Notes: a model not told the origin generated them from the sequence alone. Counted from the stretch's first letter, positions 1 to 12,994 are shown. The stretch: 64,000 bases of DNA from Octopus sinensis (GCF_006345805.1 NC_043003.1:38254001-38318000), one strand, 5' to 3'. A program made the numbers and translations.

Positions 1-260
1 TGTGTGTGTGTGTCTGTGTATGTCTGTGTCTGTGTGTGTCTGTGTATGTTTGTGTGTCTTTGTTTGTCCCCCTAGCATTGCTTGACAACCGATGCTGGTG
101 TGTTTACGTCCCCGTCACTTAGCGGTTTGGCAAAAGAGACCGATAGAATAAGTGCTGGGCTTACAAAGGATAAGTCCCGGGGTCGATTTGCTCGACTAAA
201 AGGCGGTGCTCTAGCATGGCCGCTGTCAAATGACTGAAACAAGTAAAAGAGTAAAAGAGT
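1..260 (+). mobile_element. SINE family A, 3' half
   Basis: gcattgcttgacaaccgatgctgg...ggcggtgctc..gcatggcc..gtcaaatgactgaaacaagtaaaagag, nearly identical to 1245-1445 and 52600-52790. Confidence 0.85.
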
Positions 261-269
261 ATAATATAT

Positions 270-700
270 CAGTTTAAAGGTGGCAACTTGGAAACTTTCA
301 TGGAAGATTCCTAACTTTTCAGTCTAAACTCTTCAGTCCACTCGACTTCTGATTTATTATGTTGAAACTGAGGTTTATAATTGCGATGACTCGAGTATTT
401 ATACCATTTATCTTACTTCTATCATTGAATTTAGTTTCAGTGCTTGTTTAACTCTTTTGTAATTTTCTCCCACATCTGTGTTGTGTCTTACTTGTTTCAT
501 TACTTTAAGTGTGTATATAGAAGATTCTGATACAGTTCTCTGGTTTCACTGTAAAGATGTAATATAACGTTTCCAGTTTTAGTAGAATCGTTTGATCCAA
601 CTTCGCTTTCTTCTATAACAGTATGATTGTCTTCCAATTTGGCATGGCATGATTGTTGTACAGCGTTGGATTGTATACAGTGTCCTGAGCGTAGTATGTT
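270..700 (-). mobile_element. Decayed R4/Dong-like non-LTR retrotransposon, post-RT region
   Basis: Minus-strand frames give RVKQALKLN then KINGINTRVIAIINLSFNIIN..LKSLD*KVR, resembling the R4/Dong RVxxxLKxxLN..KIxAINT..YSFxII motif, with stops and frameshifts. Confidence 0.5.
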
Positions 701-1059
701 TTTTTTTTTTAATATCCAGTTTGCTTGATTGCTAGCTTGAATATCTGCCTCTAGTTGCTCAGAAGGGCTTAGAAAGAAAATCTATATGTTTTTGTGGAAT
801 TTGGCGTTTTTTAAAACAACGATTTTGGTTATATGGTTATATACTGGAAACACGTTTTGTATGAAAAGCATAATCGGTTATATGAAAAAAAAAAAAAAAA
901 ACAGAAAAGAAAAATATGAGATACAATAAATATTTTCATACATAAAGTATAGCTACTTAGTAACACACTTAATTTCACAGATTGATAGTTCTAATATCTA
1001 GTAGAGGAAAATACATTCAAATTCTAACAACACATTCAGAAAATTTATTTTTGTTAATA

Positions 1060-1176
1060 TTCCGGGTTCAGTCCCACTGCGTGGCATCTTGGGCAAGTGT
1101 GTTCTGCTATAGCCCCGGGCCGACCAATGCCTTGTGAGTGGATTTGGTAGACGGAAACTGAAAGAAGCCTGTCGTA

Positions 1177-1233
<57 letters not shown>

Positions 1234-1445
1234 TTGTGTGTCTGTGTTTATCCCCCTAGCATTGCTTGACAACCGATGCTGGTGTGTTTACGTCCCCGTC
1301 ACTTAGCGGTTCGGCAAAAGAGACCGATAGAATAAGTACTGGGCTTACAAAGAATAAGTCCCGGGGTCGATTTGCTCGACTAAAGGCGGTGCTCCAGCAT
1401 GGCCGCAGTCAAATGACTGAAACAAGTAAAAGAGTAAAAGAGTAT
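1060..1445 (+). mobile_element. SINE family A with internal (TA)n(TG)n
   Basis: ttccgggttcagtcccactgcg (B-box-like) ... gccttgtgagtggatttggtagacggaaactgaaagaagcc core, microsatellite, then the 3' half ending aagtaaaagagtaaaagagta. Confidence 0.85.
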
Positions 1446-1659
1446 TTATTAACTGTTCAATTAATTTTGATTTCCTTCTTAGTCACAAGTTAAAGCATTT
1501 TAAGAAAAAAAGAGTTACTCGACTATATCGGTCAGTATTTGACCACTATTTACTTTAATGGCACTGAAAGAGTGAAAAACAAGTTGACCTCAGGGGTAAC
1601 GGAGGATGCTTAACTTAATCCATATCCCAGTTTAACCCAATGATCTGTCTATAAAAGTA

Positions 1660-1833
1660 TTTTTGATGGCGAGAAATAGGAGTGAAGATAGCATCCACGA
1701 CTCTTCTTTAGATCTTCGAGACTAGGGAGAAAAGGGTGTTGCCTAGTTTCTGGCCTGATGATAACTTCTGCCCTTTCCTCCCACTAGTCTCGAAATCCAA
1801 AGGAGAGTCATACATTTCAACTCGCCATTAAAA
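1660..1833. mobile_element. Fold-back MITE-like element
   Basis: ttttgatggcgag / ctcgccattaaaa and gactcttctttagatcttcgagactagggagaaaaggg / ccctttcctcccactagtctcgaaatccaaaggagagtc are imperfect inverted repeats. Confidence 0.65.
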
Positions 1834-3095
1834 AGAACCTTCTACCGATTCTGATAATCTACTGCTTTTGGAGTCAAATATTTCTCCTAACTATATAATG
1901 GTTTTAAATCTTGGTACAAGATCAGCAATTCTTAGTAGGAGAAGTTAGTCGATGACATCAATTCCCGGTCCTTGGCTGGTACTTTATTTCATCGACCTCG
2001 AAAGGATGAAAGGCAAAGTTGACAACGGTGGTATTTGAACTCGGCACGTAAAATAGGAAGAAATGCCGTTTAGCATTCTTGTTCGACGTGCTAATAAAAT
2101 AGAATGGAATTTGTTTCGGATATAGCTTTACTAGTGGTGAAAGGAAAACCACCAAATCAATAAACGCATCTGTATTTGTGAATGCCATCGTCCTTTGAAA
2201 TCATAAGGGATACAACTTGAAAAAAAACAAACCTTTTATGTATTTCATTTATGACAGCAAATCAACCCGGCTGAACTCACTCTTTTTCCAAGCTATATAC
2301 ATAAAAGGCATTGAACTCAACATTACTAAGCTCATGACACACTCATTAATTTAACAGTGGTTCTACTGCTTACATTTGTAACTTATACCACTGGACCAAC
2401 TTCAGCTTGCCAGCTTCTGTTGTATTCAGCATCAGAATCTATAGAAATACAGAAACCTATTTTGACAGCGGAGAGAGTGTATAACACGTGTAGATTGTTA
2501 TACTGTAACGTAACACAAACAATTAAGCACTGCATTTCAGAATTTACACTTCATGTTGCGGTTTGGTGGCTTGTGTGTCTCAATGGCCCTGAGAGCTGTG
2601 CCAGCGGACTGCAAGTCCCTTGTGGTTCCTATACTGGACAGATCAAAGGATAGAAGTCAGGTCAACATGGACTACTTCATCCCAGAGGTAAAAACGAGTT
2701 TGTATAGGGCTAATATTCCTATGAAAGAAAAACAACAACAAAATTACAGGAGTATCGATGACAATTCAAAACCAAGAACTAGGAGAGAAAATACCTTCAC
2801 CCAGGAAGGCTTATGACGCAGCGTATCAAAATCCGGAAAAAGGGTGCAAAGCTGCAGTGAATCAGTTGGAGGGAAGTAGAAAAGATAGTGAAGAGTGGAG
2901 AACAGTAGAGAGAAAATGTCGATGACCTAGGATCCATAGGGAGCGAAGAGCTTGAGTAAGCAATATATTAGGATGTGAAAGCTCGGGAAGAGTTATGATG
3001 TATCTGGTACAATGACTCTGTCATTTAATCAAATATCTATGTTCTATAGTTCATCATTATCTTCAATAACCTCCAATTTATAATTATATTTATAG

Positions 3096-3227
3096 GAACA
3101 TCAAGAAATTGTGTCGGTTGTGGACAGTATTAAGGTTATAGAATACCATCCGACAAACAGTGCAACTGGTAGCCCAACAACCCCCACCCCGCCACTTTTA
3201 TCGCTTCGACCATCTGTTACTCAGTGA
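3096..3227 (+). CDS. Possible terminal coding exon of an upstream gene (EHQEIVSVVDSIKVIEYHPTNSATGSPTTPTPPLLSLRPSVTQ*)
   Basis: AT-rich acceptor tatatttatag at 3094-3095, phase-0 open frame of 43 codons plus TGA, non-repetitive sequence, followed by a U-rich UTR-like tract. No family recognised. Confidence 0.3.
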   Translation, partial: EHQEIVSVVDSIKVIEYHPTNSATGSPTTPTPPLLSLRPSVTQ

Positions 3228-3659
3228 CGAAATTAAGAAACTAATGTTGAAATTCAACAATGCATTGAGACAATCTAAACTTAAAAAACAATACCATTGT
3301 CAGTCATTTGTGATTCAACAATCTCTTCATCATGTTGAATGGTTTTGACATTTGTCAGCTCTGCATAATTTCTTTCCTTTTCTTGTTTTTAATTTTCTTT
3401 TTTTTTTTACTTTTGTTTTTGTTATAGCTTTTGTTGTTGTTTGTAAAAATGTAAAAAAAAAATGTAAGTAGACAAACATTCAAAGAAAGCTACAAAGCAA
3501 ACTTTTACAATAATCTCGTGTTTATTTTGCTTGTCTTGACACCTCCGTGTTTATGATGGGACAACAAGAGGAAAACTGTGAGAAATAGATTAACGCCTAT
3601 ATACTCCGCCTACAACTTATCGTCATCGTCATCATCATAATTATTATTATTAATAGCAG

Positions 3660-3873
3660 TAAGGCGGTGAGCTGGCAGAATCATTAGCACGCTTGGCAAG
3701 ATGCTTAGCAGCATGTCGCCCATCCTTACGTTCTGAGTTCAAATTCCACCGAGGTCAACTTTGCCTTTCATCCTTTCGGGGTCGATGAATTAAGCACCAT
3801 TTGAGCGATGTGGTCGATGTAATTGGCTTAAACTTCCTCTGATAGTGCTGGCTTTGTACCAAAATTAGAAACC

Positions 3874-3936
<63 letters not shown>

Positions 3937-3950
3937 TATTATTATTATTT
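3660..3950 (+). mobile_element. SINE family B followed by (ATT)n
   Basis: taaggcggtgagctggcagaatc..gttctgagttcaaattccaccgaggtcaactttgcctttcatcctttcggggtcgat, then an (ATT)n run at 3875-3950. Confidence 0.8.
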
Positions 3951-4483
3951 ATTATCTTTGCACAGCTTCTAACGCTGGATATGTACTATGGTGCCAGTTC
4001 AGTTGTTCACTACCAGTAAACTAAAGTAACACCCCTTATTTTTCGAGCACCATCCGGAGTATTCGATCGGCTCCAAGCAGTGCTGTTTTCTGCGAGTGTT
4101 CCACCCTTATTGCAGCCCCTATTTGTTCTATGTATTTCTTCAAGATTTTTACTCACTCTTTCCAGGACTCTGAAAATTATTGGTACTACTACCACCTTTT
4201 TCATCGACCACAACTGCTTTACCTCCAAAGCTAACCCGTCATATCTATCGACTTTTGTTTCTTCCTTATCGAATACCTTGTTGTCACCTGGGCATGCTAT
4301 ATCAATGATCCAGCATCGTTTGCTTTCTTTCTCAATTAACATTATGTCTGGTTTCCTATTCTCTATCTCATGGTCGCACTGATTCCTAAAATTCCATAGG
4401 ATCCTTGCATTATCATTTTCGATGATGCGTTCGGGTTTATGTTCGTCCCACTGTTTTGCTCTGTCAATTCCATACTTGTTGCA

Positions 4484-4486
<3 letters not shown>
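3951..4486 (-). mobile_element. R4/Dong-like non-LTR retrotransposon 3' fragment (restriction-like endonuclease domain)
   Basis: ILWNF..QCDHEIENRKPDIMLIEKESKRCWIIDIACPGD..KE..KVDRY..LALEVKQLW..VVVVPII is a typical RLE (PD-(D/E)xK) C-terminus; flanked on both sides by (TAA)n on the element strand. Confidence 0.85.
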
Positions 4487-4546
<60 letters not shown>

Positions 4547-4562
4547 CATTATTATTATTATT

Positions 4563-4770
4563 AAGGCAACGAACAGGCAGAATCGTTTAGCAGGTCAAGA
4601 AAAATGCTTAGCGGCACTTCGTCCATCTTTACATTCCGAGTTCAAATTCCCTCTGAGGTCGACTTTGCAGTTCATCCTTTCAGAGAAGATAAAATAAGTA
4701 CCAGTTGAGTATTGGGATCGCTGTAATCGACTTATCCCCTCCCCCGAAATTGCTGGCCTTGTGCCCAAAT
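4563..4770 (+). mobile_element. SINE family B
   Basis: taaggcaacgaacaggcagaatcg..ccgagttcaaattccctctgaggtcgactttgc..aagtaccagttgagtattggg. Confidence 0.75.
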
Positions 4771-5939
4771 CAGTAGCAGTAACAGTGGTGGCAATTTTGT
4801 TTTTCCTCTTCAGAATTTGAGTCTTTCTCATATTCTGACAAGGCTGACCATCTTGAGATATATGTGGCCATCTGTTAAATGTATATGACTTTGATTTACT
4901 TCCTTTAGATATGTTTGTTCTCATCCTGTCATCAATATCGTTTTCATTTTTTTATAATTAAATTATCTTATCGCCTTCAACGTTTTGATGTCAAATCCAA
5001 GGGTTTATACCCCATGTACAAAATATATTCTTTCTCATTTTGGCACAAGGTTAGCAATGTTGAAGGGAGCGGAAAGTAGATTACATCAACTTCAGTTCTC
5101 ATTTGCTCTTATTTTATCGATCTCGAAAGGATGAGAGACAAAATTAACCTTGGCGGCATTTGAACTCAGAAAGTAAAGAGTCGGAAGCATGTTCTCTGAC
5201 GTGCTAACAATTCTGCCAGTTCACTGCCTCGTATGAAGTATATTGACACTAATTTAACTATTGCAATATTATATTATCTTTCAGGGAATATTGTATATAT
5301 TGGTATAGAGGAAATAGAAATGTCAAAACATGTAATATTTTAATGAACTTAAACATTTCCCAATTAGTAATTTATGGTTGGAAAATAACGGTCTTAAATC
5401 TATTAACAGTTCTATATCTTCGTCTAACCTTCTGAATGAAGTAGTGAAAGTGACGCTATTATCACCGCGTTTTTATAAGAGGCACGAGTATCATAGGAAT
5501 GATGTTATAATTGATAAAATCATTATCGCCTATTTAAAAAATTTTTAACAGTTAATTACAAGTTACTTTCATGGATCAGTAATTGATCTAAATTTATTAC
5601 ACGAGTGTTATATATGTGTACTGATATTTTGTTTGTATTTTGGTCTTGTACCAAAATGTGAAACCAATATATTGTTTGTATTTTGTTAGTAATACAGTCT
5701 CTATAGATAATCTAGTTTGTGTGTGTGTGTGGGTCGAATTTTGTATAAGACTGTAGTGTTGTAATCTAAAGCCTTTCCATTTAGTTTTGTTTCGTATTTT
5801 ATGTCATAATGTATTGTAATGGCTCTATGTTGTAAATGCATGTTCAACCGACGAAAATGTGTTGTACTTTTGTGTCCGATGTGACAGTTTGAGTAGCGAA
5901 GTTTGCAACTCTCATCTGAATGTTTTTCTGTCTTCTATA

Positions 5940-6313
5940 AGGAGTGGCTTCAAGGTGAAGGAGTGGCTGTGTGATAAGAAGCTTGCTTCTCAACCACATG
6001 GTTCCGGGTTCAGTCCCAATGCGCGGTACATTGAGCAAGTGCCTTCTACTATAGCCTTATACTATACTATAGTCTTCTACTATATAGTAGAAGACACTTG
6101 CCCAAGAAGAGTCTTGTGGGTGGATTTCGTAGACGGAAACTGAAAGAAACCCGTCATATAAATGTGACCTCGTGTGTACCGTTGGCGATTTTTTCCCTCT
6201 GTCTTCCCTTCTTTCCTGAGCGTCCAATAATACTATATTTGTTCCACGTCCGCGTGTTGTTGTGTTTTTGTGCTTTCTTGTTTGGATTAACTTTATATAT
6301 ATATATATTATAT

Positions 6314-6374
<61 letters not shown>

Positions 6375-6405
6375 ATATATATGTATGTATGTATATATAT
6401 GTATG

Positions 6406-6462
<57 letters not shown>

Positions 6463-6670
6463 TTGTGTATCTGTGTTTGTGCCCTACCATCGCTTGACAA
6501 CCGATGTTGGCGTGTTTGCGTCCCCGTCCCGTAACTTAGCAGTTCGGCAAAAGAGACCGATTGAATAAGTACTAGGCTTAAAAGGAATAAATACTGGGTC
6601 TGATTTCTTCGACTAAAGGCGGTGCTCCAGCATAGCCGCAATCAAATGACTGAAACAAGTAAAAGAATAT
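5940..6670 (+). mobile_element. SINE family A, full length, with expanded internal microsatellite and insert
   Basis: Head aggagtggctgtgtgataagaagcttgc..ggttccgggttcagtccc, core, (TA)n 6295-6460, 3' end aatgactgaaacaagtaaaagaata. Confidence 0.8.
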
Positions 6671-7279
6671 TATTTCCTTCACGTTTAGGATACATTATAA
6701 TATTATTAACTACCCCCAACACTTCAGTGTACTTAATCTTATCGAACTCAGAAAGAAAAAAGCAAAGTTGACCGCGGCTGGATTTTGGACACAGGTAGAG
6801 AGCCCTAACTGAATACTATTCAACATTTTACCCAATTTTCTAACAACTTTTATAATACACTTGAAGTACATTCTGAGTCTTGTAGGTTTGTAGTTTCGTG
6901 TGGATGATGTTTTATAACCAGGATAGAACTGAAGGTATCGGTGAAAGTCAATAAGGGTGACGAGAAGGGTATAAACAGGTTGGATAAGTGGGTACAATCG
7001 GAAAGGATATGCTGTTAAATAATTTCAAGAAGGATTCTATAGACTCATGCACTCTATAAAATATATGTTTCAGAACTGATTGTTCTGATTTTTTTTCTTT
7101 TTTGAGTAGCTTTGTTATTTAAACAAACGTATAAGAATAGGAATAAAAAATTATTCATAGATTTTCGGAAACAGCTTAAAATTATATTAAAATTTTCTCT
7201 AAAACATCAAATAATCACTTGAAAATATTGACTCAGTCTATAAATGCCGTCATAAAATTTCCTAGATATTTCAAAATAT

Positions 7280-7495
7280 TCTATTCTACTCTAGGCACAA
7301 GGCTCAAAATTTCTGGGGAGGGGTCCAGTCGATTAGATCGACCCCAGTACGCAACTGGTACTTAATTAATCGACCCCGAAAGAATGAAAGGTAAAGTCGA
7401 CCTCGGCGGAATTTGGATTCAGAACGTAAAGATAGACGAAACACCGCTAAGCATTTCGCCCAGCGTGCTAACGTTTCTGCCAGCTCGCCGCCTTA
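7280..7495 (-). mobile_element. SINE family B
   Basis: Reverse complement of the family B consensus (gaccccagtacgcaactggtact..gtcgacctcggcggaattt..gccagctcgccgcctta). Confidence 0.85.
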
Positions 7496-7589
7496 GATAT
7501 TTCAAAATATTAAAAGTACATTCACGTCGTAATTTTACAGTTGTTGCCTATAACGGTTGGTATTGGTTACTCACTGTTTCGAATCTTTG

Positions 7590-7970
7590 CTGCGTGGGTA
7601 AGAAGCTCACTTTGCAACCATGTGGTTTCGCATTCAGTCCTACTACACAGCACCTTGGACAAGTGTCTTCTACTCTAGCCCCCAGACTATCGAATGCTTT
7701 GTGAGTGTATTTTACAGACGGAAACTGTATGGAAGCCCATCGGATACATAATTCATGCAAACATATATATATATGTATGTATCTGTGTTTGTTCTCGCCC
7801 GTCCCTTGATAACCGGTGTCGGTTTACTTACGTCGCCGTAACTAGCAATTCGGCAAAAGAGACCGACAGAATAAGTAATAAGATTTAAAATAAGTTCTGG
7901 GGTTCATTTGTTCGACTAAATCACATCATGGCCGCATTCCAGTGCTTGAAAAGTGTAAAAGACAAAAGAT
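7590..7970 (+). mobile_element. SINE family A, diverged
   Basis: ggtaagaagctcactttgcaaccatgtgg..ttggacaagtgtcttctact..cagacggaaactg..cggcaaaagagaccgacagaataagta. Confidence 0.75.
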
Positions 7971-9180
7971 AATAAATATAAATAACTAAAACAATATTCG
8001 ATCCCTCCTTCCGCAGACAAAACGTTTGAATCGCTTAAGGTGGATCGATTTTAAATATACATCACGTAATTACTTTTCGGTCTTTACACATCGATGCATA
8101 AACCAAATAATTTTATAAATGTTTCGAGTCTGAAAGTCACTGACGCTACGTAATATAACGAACCTCTCTTTATAACGACCATAATAAAATGCATAAAAAC
8201 GCTTATAATGAGAAAAAATATCAAACTACAATTATTTAGGACTGGGAAATATTGTATGTTCGGATAAGAATATAAAAATGTCATTTGCTAATGAGAATAT
8301 ACCAAAAAATTTTCTGTGTCTTTCTATAAAAAACATTTTCACATAGAATTAAACATATTCTTTAATGGTTTTGATCGGATTGGGTGGGAGAGGACAGTAC
8401 CCACGGTCTTCGCCGAAAATTCGTGACTAGTGAGATCGACGGAGCAATATTTTATTGCCTTTATTTAAGTTATAAATGGCGGCTACAGGAAAGAAAAAAA
8501 AATATGTGCAGGGTGGGAATTTCAAAGAGCTAAAAGTTTTGGGAAAGAAATAGTCTAGCGCGGCGCCTAAGGGCGTGGAGGCGAGTGACGAGAGAAGACA
8601 AAAACGAATGAGTCGGATGGATTCGAGTGAAGGCCAGTCGAGATTAAACAGCTCGAGATTAAACAGAGACGTTGCTGAAGCAACGATATAAAAGATAGAG
8701 CACGTTTTGTGGACTAGAGTTTAGTGCCTGTAGGTCAACGTTACCGGTGGACGAGCAGACCTATGACTACAACCACTCCAACTGTAACCATCCCGTTTTT
8801 TAAATAGCTAGTGCATCTACATAATATACGCATACTTTCTTTTTTAAGACAGTGGGGTGTGCGTGATTTGATTGACTGATACGAGCACATATTAATGAAA
8901 ATGGTCGAGAAAATGAAAGACTGAATCTCTTTCCGCAATTGATTAAATTAGCAACTAGAAAAACATAAAACCATTCAATCAACAGTTCTTTTCATCGTTG
9001 TTTGACAGTTTGATAAACATCGAGGGTGCATATTTGATTTTCATGTTGCACTGGTTTATTATTAATACAACATGACGCAGATGTACATGTGCATATTTGC
9101 ATATACATATATGTATATATATATATATAATATATATATATATATAATATATATATATATATAATATATATATCTATATA

Positions 9181-9216
<36 letters not shown>

Positions 9217-9533
9217 TGTATGTATGTATGTATGTATGTATGTACGTATGTATGTATATGAATGTTTGTATCTATGTATCGTCTCTCTCTATCTTCCCTT
9301 CTATTGGACTTTCTTCTGTTCCGAAAAAGAGCGTCTGCTCGAAACGTTAGACCATCTTTCTTTCCTTTCCTGAGCGTCTGCTAATACTTTACATGTACCA
9401 CGTCCTCGCGTTGTTATGTTCTTTTTTTTTTTTTTGATTTACTATATCAATCTATCTATCTATATAAAATTTACGACAGTTTGTTTCGGTTCCGTGTTAC
9501 TTCAAGTTCGCGGGCCCCTATCGGGAGTCCATA

Positions 9534-9592
<59 letters not shown>

Positions 9593-9724
9593 GCGAAAAT
9601 ATTGATTTCTGTGTGTCAGTGTGTCACACTTAGACTCCCCTCTCTCACTATTCAATCACACTATTCTGCATGATGAGGTACGAGTAATATTAGGTATAGA
9701 GACGATGAGGGTAGTGGCGAACAC

Positions 9725-9765
<41 letters not shown>

Positions 9766-10129
9766 GAGACAGAGAGAGAAAGAAAAAGAGAGGGAGAGAA
9801 AGTGAGACAAAGAAATTCATTAAAAATAGTGTTTATGGTGGCAGTGGGAGTGATAATAATAGAGAGAGAAAGAGCGGGTGTGTGAGAGAAAGAGGGAGAT
9901 GATGTACAACTTTGTTTAACCAAGTCTCTTTGACAGAAATTCCTGTAGCCAACATACTGAACGCTATCATTTTTGTTTTAGTTTTTGCTTTTTTATATAG
10001 ATATACACACGCACTCACACACACAATATAAAATACACTGTAATTGAAATAAAGTTCCCTCCAAATTGAAAATATCTAATATAATAAATGTGAATATCAG
10101 TGTGTCATACTTTTTCAACTTTAATACAT

Positions 10130-10345
10130 CCTTTGTACTGGGAGCACAAGGCCTAAAATTTTGGGGGAAGGGATTAAGTCGATTACATAGACCTCAGTAC
10201 GTAACTGGTACTAATTTTATCGATCGAAAGGATGAAAGGCAAAGTCGACCTCGGCGGAATTTGAACTCAGAACGTAGCGGCAGACGAAATACCGCTAAGC
10301 ATTTCGTCCGGCGTGCTAACGATTCTACCAGTTCCCCGCCTTAAT
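10130..10345 (-). mobile_element. SINE family B
   Basis: gacctcagtacgtaactggtact..ggatgaaaggcaaagtcgacctcggcggaatttgaactcagaacgta..ccgcctta. Confidence 0.85.
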
Positions 10346-10425
10346 ATGATATAATGATGATATGATATGATATGATATGATAAATGTGAATGTCAGTGTG
10401 TTACACTTTTTCTACTTTACTCCTA

Positions 10426-12994
10426 CAGGCCGTCACTCAACATATCATACCATTTTGGAATCAGGCTGACTCCGTGAGTGAATTAAAAACACACACACAT
10501 ACATATATATATGTATGTATATATACAGATGCATATATATATATATATATATAATATATATATATATATATGTATGTATATTAGATGCATGTACATTATT
10601 ATATATATATATATATATATGTGTGTGTATGTATATATATATGCATTTTTATATATATAGAGCATGTATATATATATATACGTATATATATATTATATAT
10701 ATATATTAATATATATATATTATATATATACGTATATATATATATATACATGCATCTTATATATATATACATATATATACATATACACATACATATACAC
10801 ATATATAGACATATACATGTGTGTGTGTATATGTATATGTATGAATACATGTATGTACGTGTGTATGTGTGGTGTGTGTTTGTGCGTGTGTGTATGCGCG
10901 CGCGTGTGACTGTATTTGCGACTTTATTTATTTATTTTTTTTTTTTCCCCATGGCTCTTAAGAAAATTCATGGTGAAAGTGCTAAGCATCATGCGATAAC
11001 GCTGGAAGATAAACTGGTTATAATAGAACGCCATGAAGAAGGTGAAAAGCGGTAGCAATTGCAATTGTACATAATAAGGGCAAGATTTTATCACATATCA
11101 AATCTGAAGCCCCAGGGATGAAGAACACTGTCATTAATAAAAGAGCCAAAATCTTTGAAGAAATGGAAAGTATTCTTTCTCTTTGGACTGTTAGGTTGAA
11201 TCGTCAGCGTGCTACTATTAGTCAAGAAATCATTCAAGAAAAAGATTTGTCTTTGTTTGAGGACCTGAAGAAAAAATGTCCAGATGAGAAAGATGTAGAG
11301 TTCAAGGCAAGTCAAGGATGGTTCGTGAGATTTAAGGAGCGATGAAGTTATCACTCCATTAAGAAGCAAAGTGAAAGTGTATCAGCTGACTAACAAGCAG
11401 TAGCGGAATTTCCTAATGCATTAAAAAAATCATCGAAGAAAACGGGTTTCCTCCCGAAGAGATATTTAACGTAGACGAAACTGGATTGTATTGGAAAAAA
11501 TTGCCAGAGCATTCATTCATTTCCAAGGAGGAGAAAGCTATTCCAGGCTACAAGGTCTCAAAAGAACGTGTTGAGAGGTAATTGTGCAGATTTTAAGTAA
11601 AAGCCATTGTTTGTGTATCATGCACACAACTCCCGTGCTCTGAAGAACATACCCAAAGCATCTCTCCTTGTTATATGGACGGCTAATTCAAAAGCATGTG
11701 TTACTGTTGTTGTTTTTGAAGATTGGTTCTTCAATCATTTTATCCCAGCCCCAGAGAAGTACTGTAAGGAGAAGGGGATTCCTTTTAAGGCTTTTCTTAT
11801 CTTAGATTGTAGATTTTGACCACAACGTTACCGTCGTATACCTCCCTCTGAACACCACATCTCTTCTGTAGCCAATCGATCCGGGAATAATTGCTATCTT
11901 TAAGGCTTTATTATATGAAGCGTATACTGCGACAAGTAATAGCTGCAACTGATCTTGATGAGTCCATTATACTTTGTGACTTTTGGAAGAGATACGATAT
12001 CTATAAAGCTGTACAGAACATAGCAGTGGCATGGAATGATGTACAGAGCACGGCTATGAACGGTGTATGGAAGAAGCTATGCATGCAATTCATGAATGAT
12101 TTATGGGCTTTGAAAATGTTGCCATGAACAAAACGTTGGTGACTACAATCAAAGAACTGAAAATGGATTTGGAGGAGGAGGATTTCACGGATTTATTTGA
12201 AAAAGACAGGCAGCCCTTGACGAACGAGAATCTGATAGAGCTTCACGAGCAGCAAAATCAAGAAGAGGTCGAACCTGAGCCACGTCACTTTACCTTTACG
12301 AAAATGCAGCATGCATTTGCATATATCGAAAAAGGTCTTTCTATGTTCGGGGATATGGATCGAAATGCTCATCGCCTGTTCAAGATTATGGGGGCTTGTC
12401 ACGAAGCTTTTGCTCCTTATAATGTAATCCTCGAGGAAAAGAAGACAGTTCAAGGAACTCTCAACCAGTTTTTTTAAGCGCATCGAACAACAAGAATAGC
12501 CAGACTCATCTGATGATGTTAACGATCCACAGCCATCTATATCCGCGATGTAAACCACCAAATTGTATGTACGTATTGATAAATTTAAAATTAATGTTTT
12601 TTACTATTGCAAAATGATAATAATTGCTGGATTTGTTGTTTAAGTTTTAAAAAGGCTTTTATTTACGATGTCTTATTGCAAAGTGCGTTCATAAATAAAG
12701 CGCCCGCGATGTACGATAAATACCGGCAAATTGTATTCGTAAATTTAGATTACACTCTTTTTTACTGTACTGTATTAGAAAATAAAAATTATTTGTTTGT
12801 AAGCTTAAAATAGGTTTTTATTAACCAAGTATTATTGATTATTGCATTCATAAATAAAACACAAAAGTTGGAATATTTATTATCATTTTAGCCTAGAGAC
12901 AAGTAAATTCAGCCTAGCCTAGCCTAGAGCACGTTAATTCGGCTTAAGTCGTGTTTCCTGGAACCAATTAACGACGTAGGGTGACGTATGCCTG
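10426..12994 (+). mobile_element. Tigger/pogo-like DNA transposon, near full length, pseudogenised
   Basis: Broken transposase 10951-12477: ITLEDKLVIIERHEEG (CENP-B HTH), FEEMESILSLW..IIQEK..FKASQGWFVRFKER (Tc5 HTH), FNVDETGLYWKK, KPLFVY..WTANSKACVT..FEDWF..FLILD (DDE_1). Right end ..gtgacgtatgcctg|ta; weak left end ta|caggccgtcac. Internal microsatellite expansion 10480-10900. Confidence 0.85.

Noticed and set aside
1750-1770. CTGATGA in this MITE loop and CTGACGA in the 60836 loop as possible hammerhead cores
   Set aside because: No stem II followed by GAAA downstream in either case.
2357-2816. Overlapping 98-aa and 87-aa ORFs
   Set aside because: No recognisable domain; only a weak hint of decayed LINE RT on the minus strand, too poor to call.
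6057-6641. 194-aa ORF and the many similar IYIY/HTHT/VCVC ORFs across the window
   Set aside because: SINE and (TA)n/(CA)n read-through artefacts.
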